Shown here one piece after another: positions 63,169 to 64,000 of a stretch of DNA of 64,000 bases. The position numbers and the translations under genes were made by a program. The number at the start of each line of letters is the position of its first letter. The stretch's first letter is position 1. The DNA lies in assembly GCA_964016885.1 (NCBI GenBank), contig OZ024742.1, positions 78,678,001 through 78,742,000 on the forward strand, in the 5' to 3' direction. This stretch comes from Eledone cirrhosa. Lineage: Eukaryota. The notes beneath the pieces are model-generated. The model worked only from the letters and a program-made list of their open reading frames with translations. It was not told the origin of the DNA and searched no databases.

Positions 63169-64000
63169 ACCATCACCATCATCATCATCATCATTTTATA
63201 TCCGCTTTTCCCTGCTTGCAAGGGTGGGACCGGTCTTATTCAGCACAGCATCTCTCCACTCGTCACGGTTCTTCGTCATCTCCACCGTGAGATTCAACGA
63301 TCTGAGGTCTGTTCTCACCACCTCCGCCCATGTTTTTCGTGGTCTACCTCTACCACGTCTTCCTTCAACTGGCATTTCCTGGCACTTCTTCACCCATCGA
63401 TCATCCTCCATGCACATCACATGTCCATACCACCGCAGTCTCTTCTCTCGCACACTACATTCTATCCCTCTCAGACACAGTTTCTCTCTCAATACATTCA
63501 TGCTGGGTCGTTCACGCACATTTACACTGCACATCCAACGGAGCATGCTTGCCTCATTTCTCTCCAGCCGTCGCATATCCTCTGCAGTTGCTGCTCATGT
63601 ATCACTACCATACAGCATCGCGCTCCTCACACAGGCATCATATATCGGCCCTTCATACGCAGGGAGAAAGCCTTCTTCGTCAACAGAGGAAGCAGCTCCC
63701 TAAACTTCTTCCAACCCATCCTTATTCTAGATACTATGGCCTCAGAACACCCCCTCCCATGCTAATCTGATCTAATAGGTACCGGAAGCTATCCACCACT
63801 TCTATAGCACCCGCCTGCATTTGAAAAATGTGTCTATCAATGCGACTTCTACTGTCTAATTTCCCTGTACATCTACTGCAAACCTATTTCTCTCTACCTG
63901 TTAGTTTGCCTGCTATCCCACTACATCTCTTGTGTACCCAGGATCTGCATTGTGTGCATTTTATAGAATTTATGCCAGTTCCTTTTCTGCATATCGAACA
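63169..64000 (-). mobile_element. RTE family B 3' portion, runs off the window end; frameshifted
   Basis: Colinear with 19316-20132; LERNEASMLRWMC...GRGRPRKTW; (CAT)n tail. Confidence 0.92.

Overview
Animal non-coding DNA, AT-rich and dense in microsatellites and transposons. The repeat content suggests an octopus or other cephalopod, which is inference. I could not support any host protein-coding exon. The window is dominated by RTE-clade LINEs of three related families (here A1, A2, B), all with (GAT)n tails and a PHD-type C4HC3 zinc finger inserted inside the reverse transcriptase domain. One A2 copy looks full length, with an intact 1039-aa APE-RT ORF at 44867-47986. It is preceded by and spliced into a 3.75-kb nested tandem array of six ~312-bp monomers holding 2,5,4,2,4,2 copies of a 99-bp subunit. 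A second system is invisible to the ORF track: small non-coding elements beside (TA)n tracts that carry type I hammerhead ribozymes with a palindromic stem III, all on the minus strand. One has an intact core (62745-62830) inside a ~635-bp terminally redundant unit resembling a retrozyme or Penelope pseudo-LTR. In another, a flanking inverted repeat starts exactly at the predicted cleavage site. Also present are CRE and L1/Tx1 fragments, tRNA-derived SINEs, hAT-, piggyBac- and mariner-type MITEs, and several inter-family LINE chimeras. Coordinates were read by eye and edges of old repeats are approximate.
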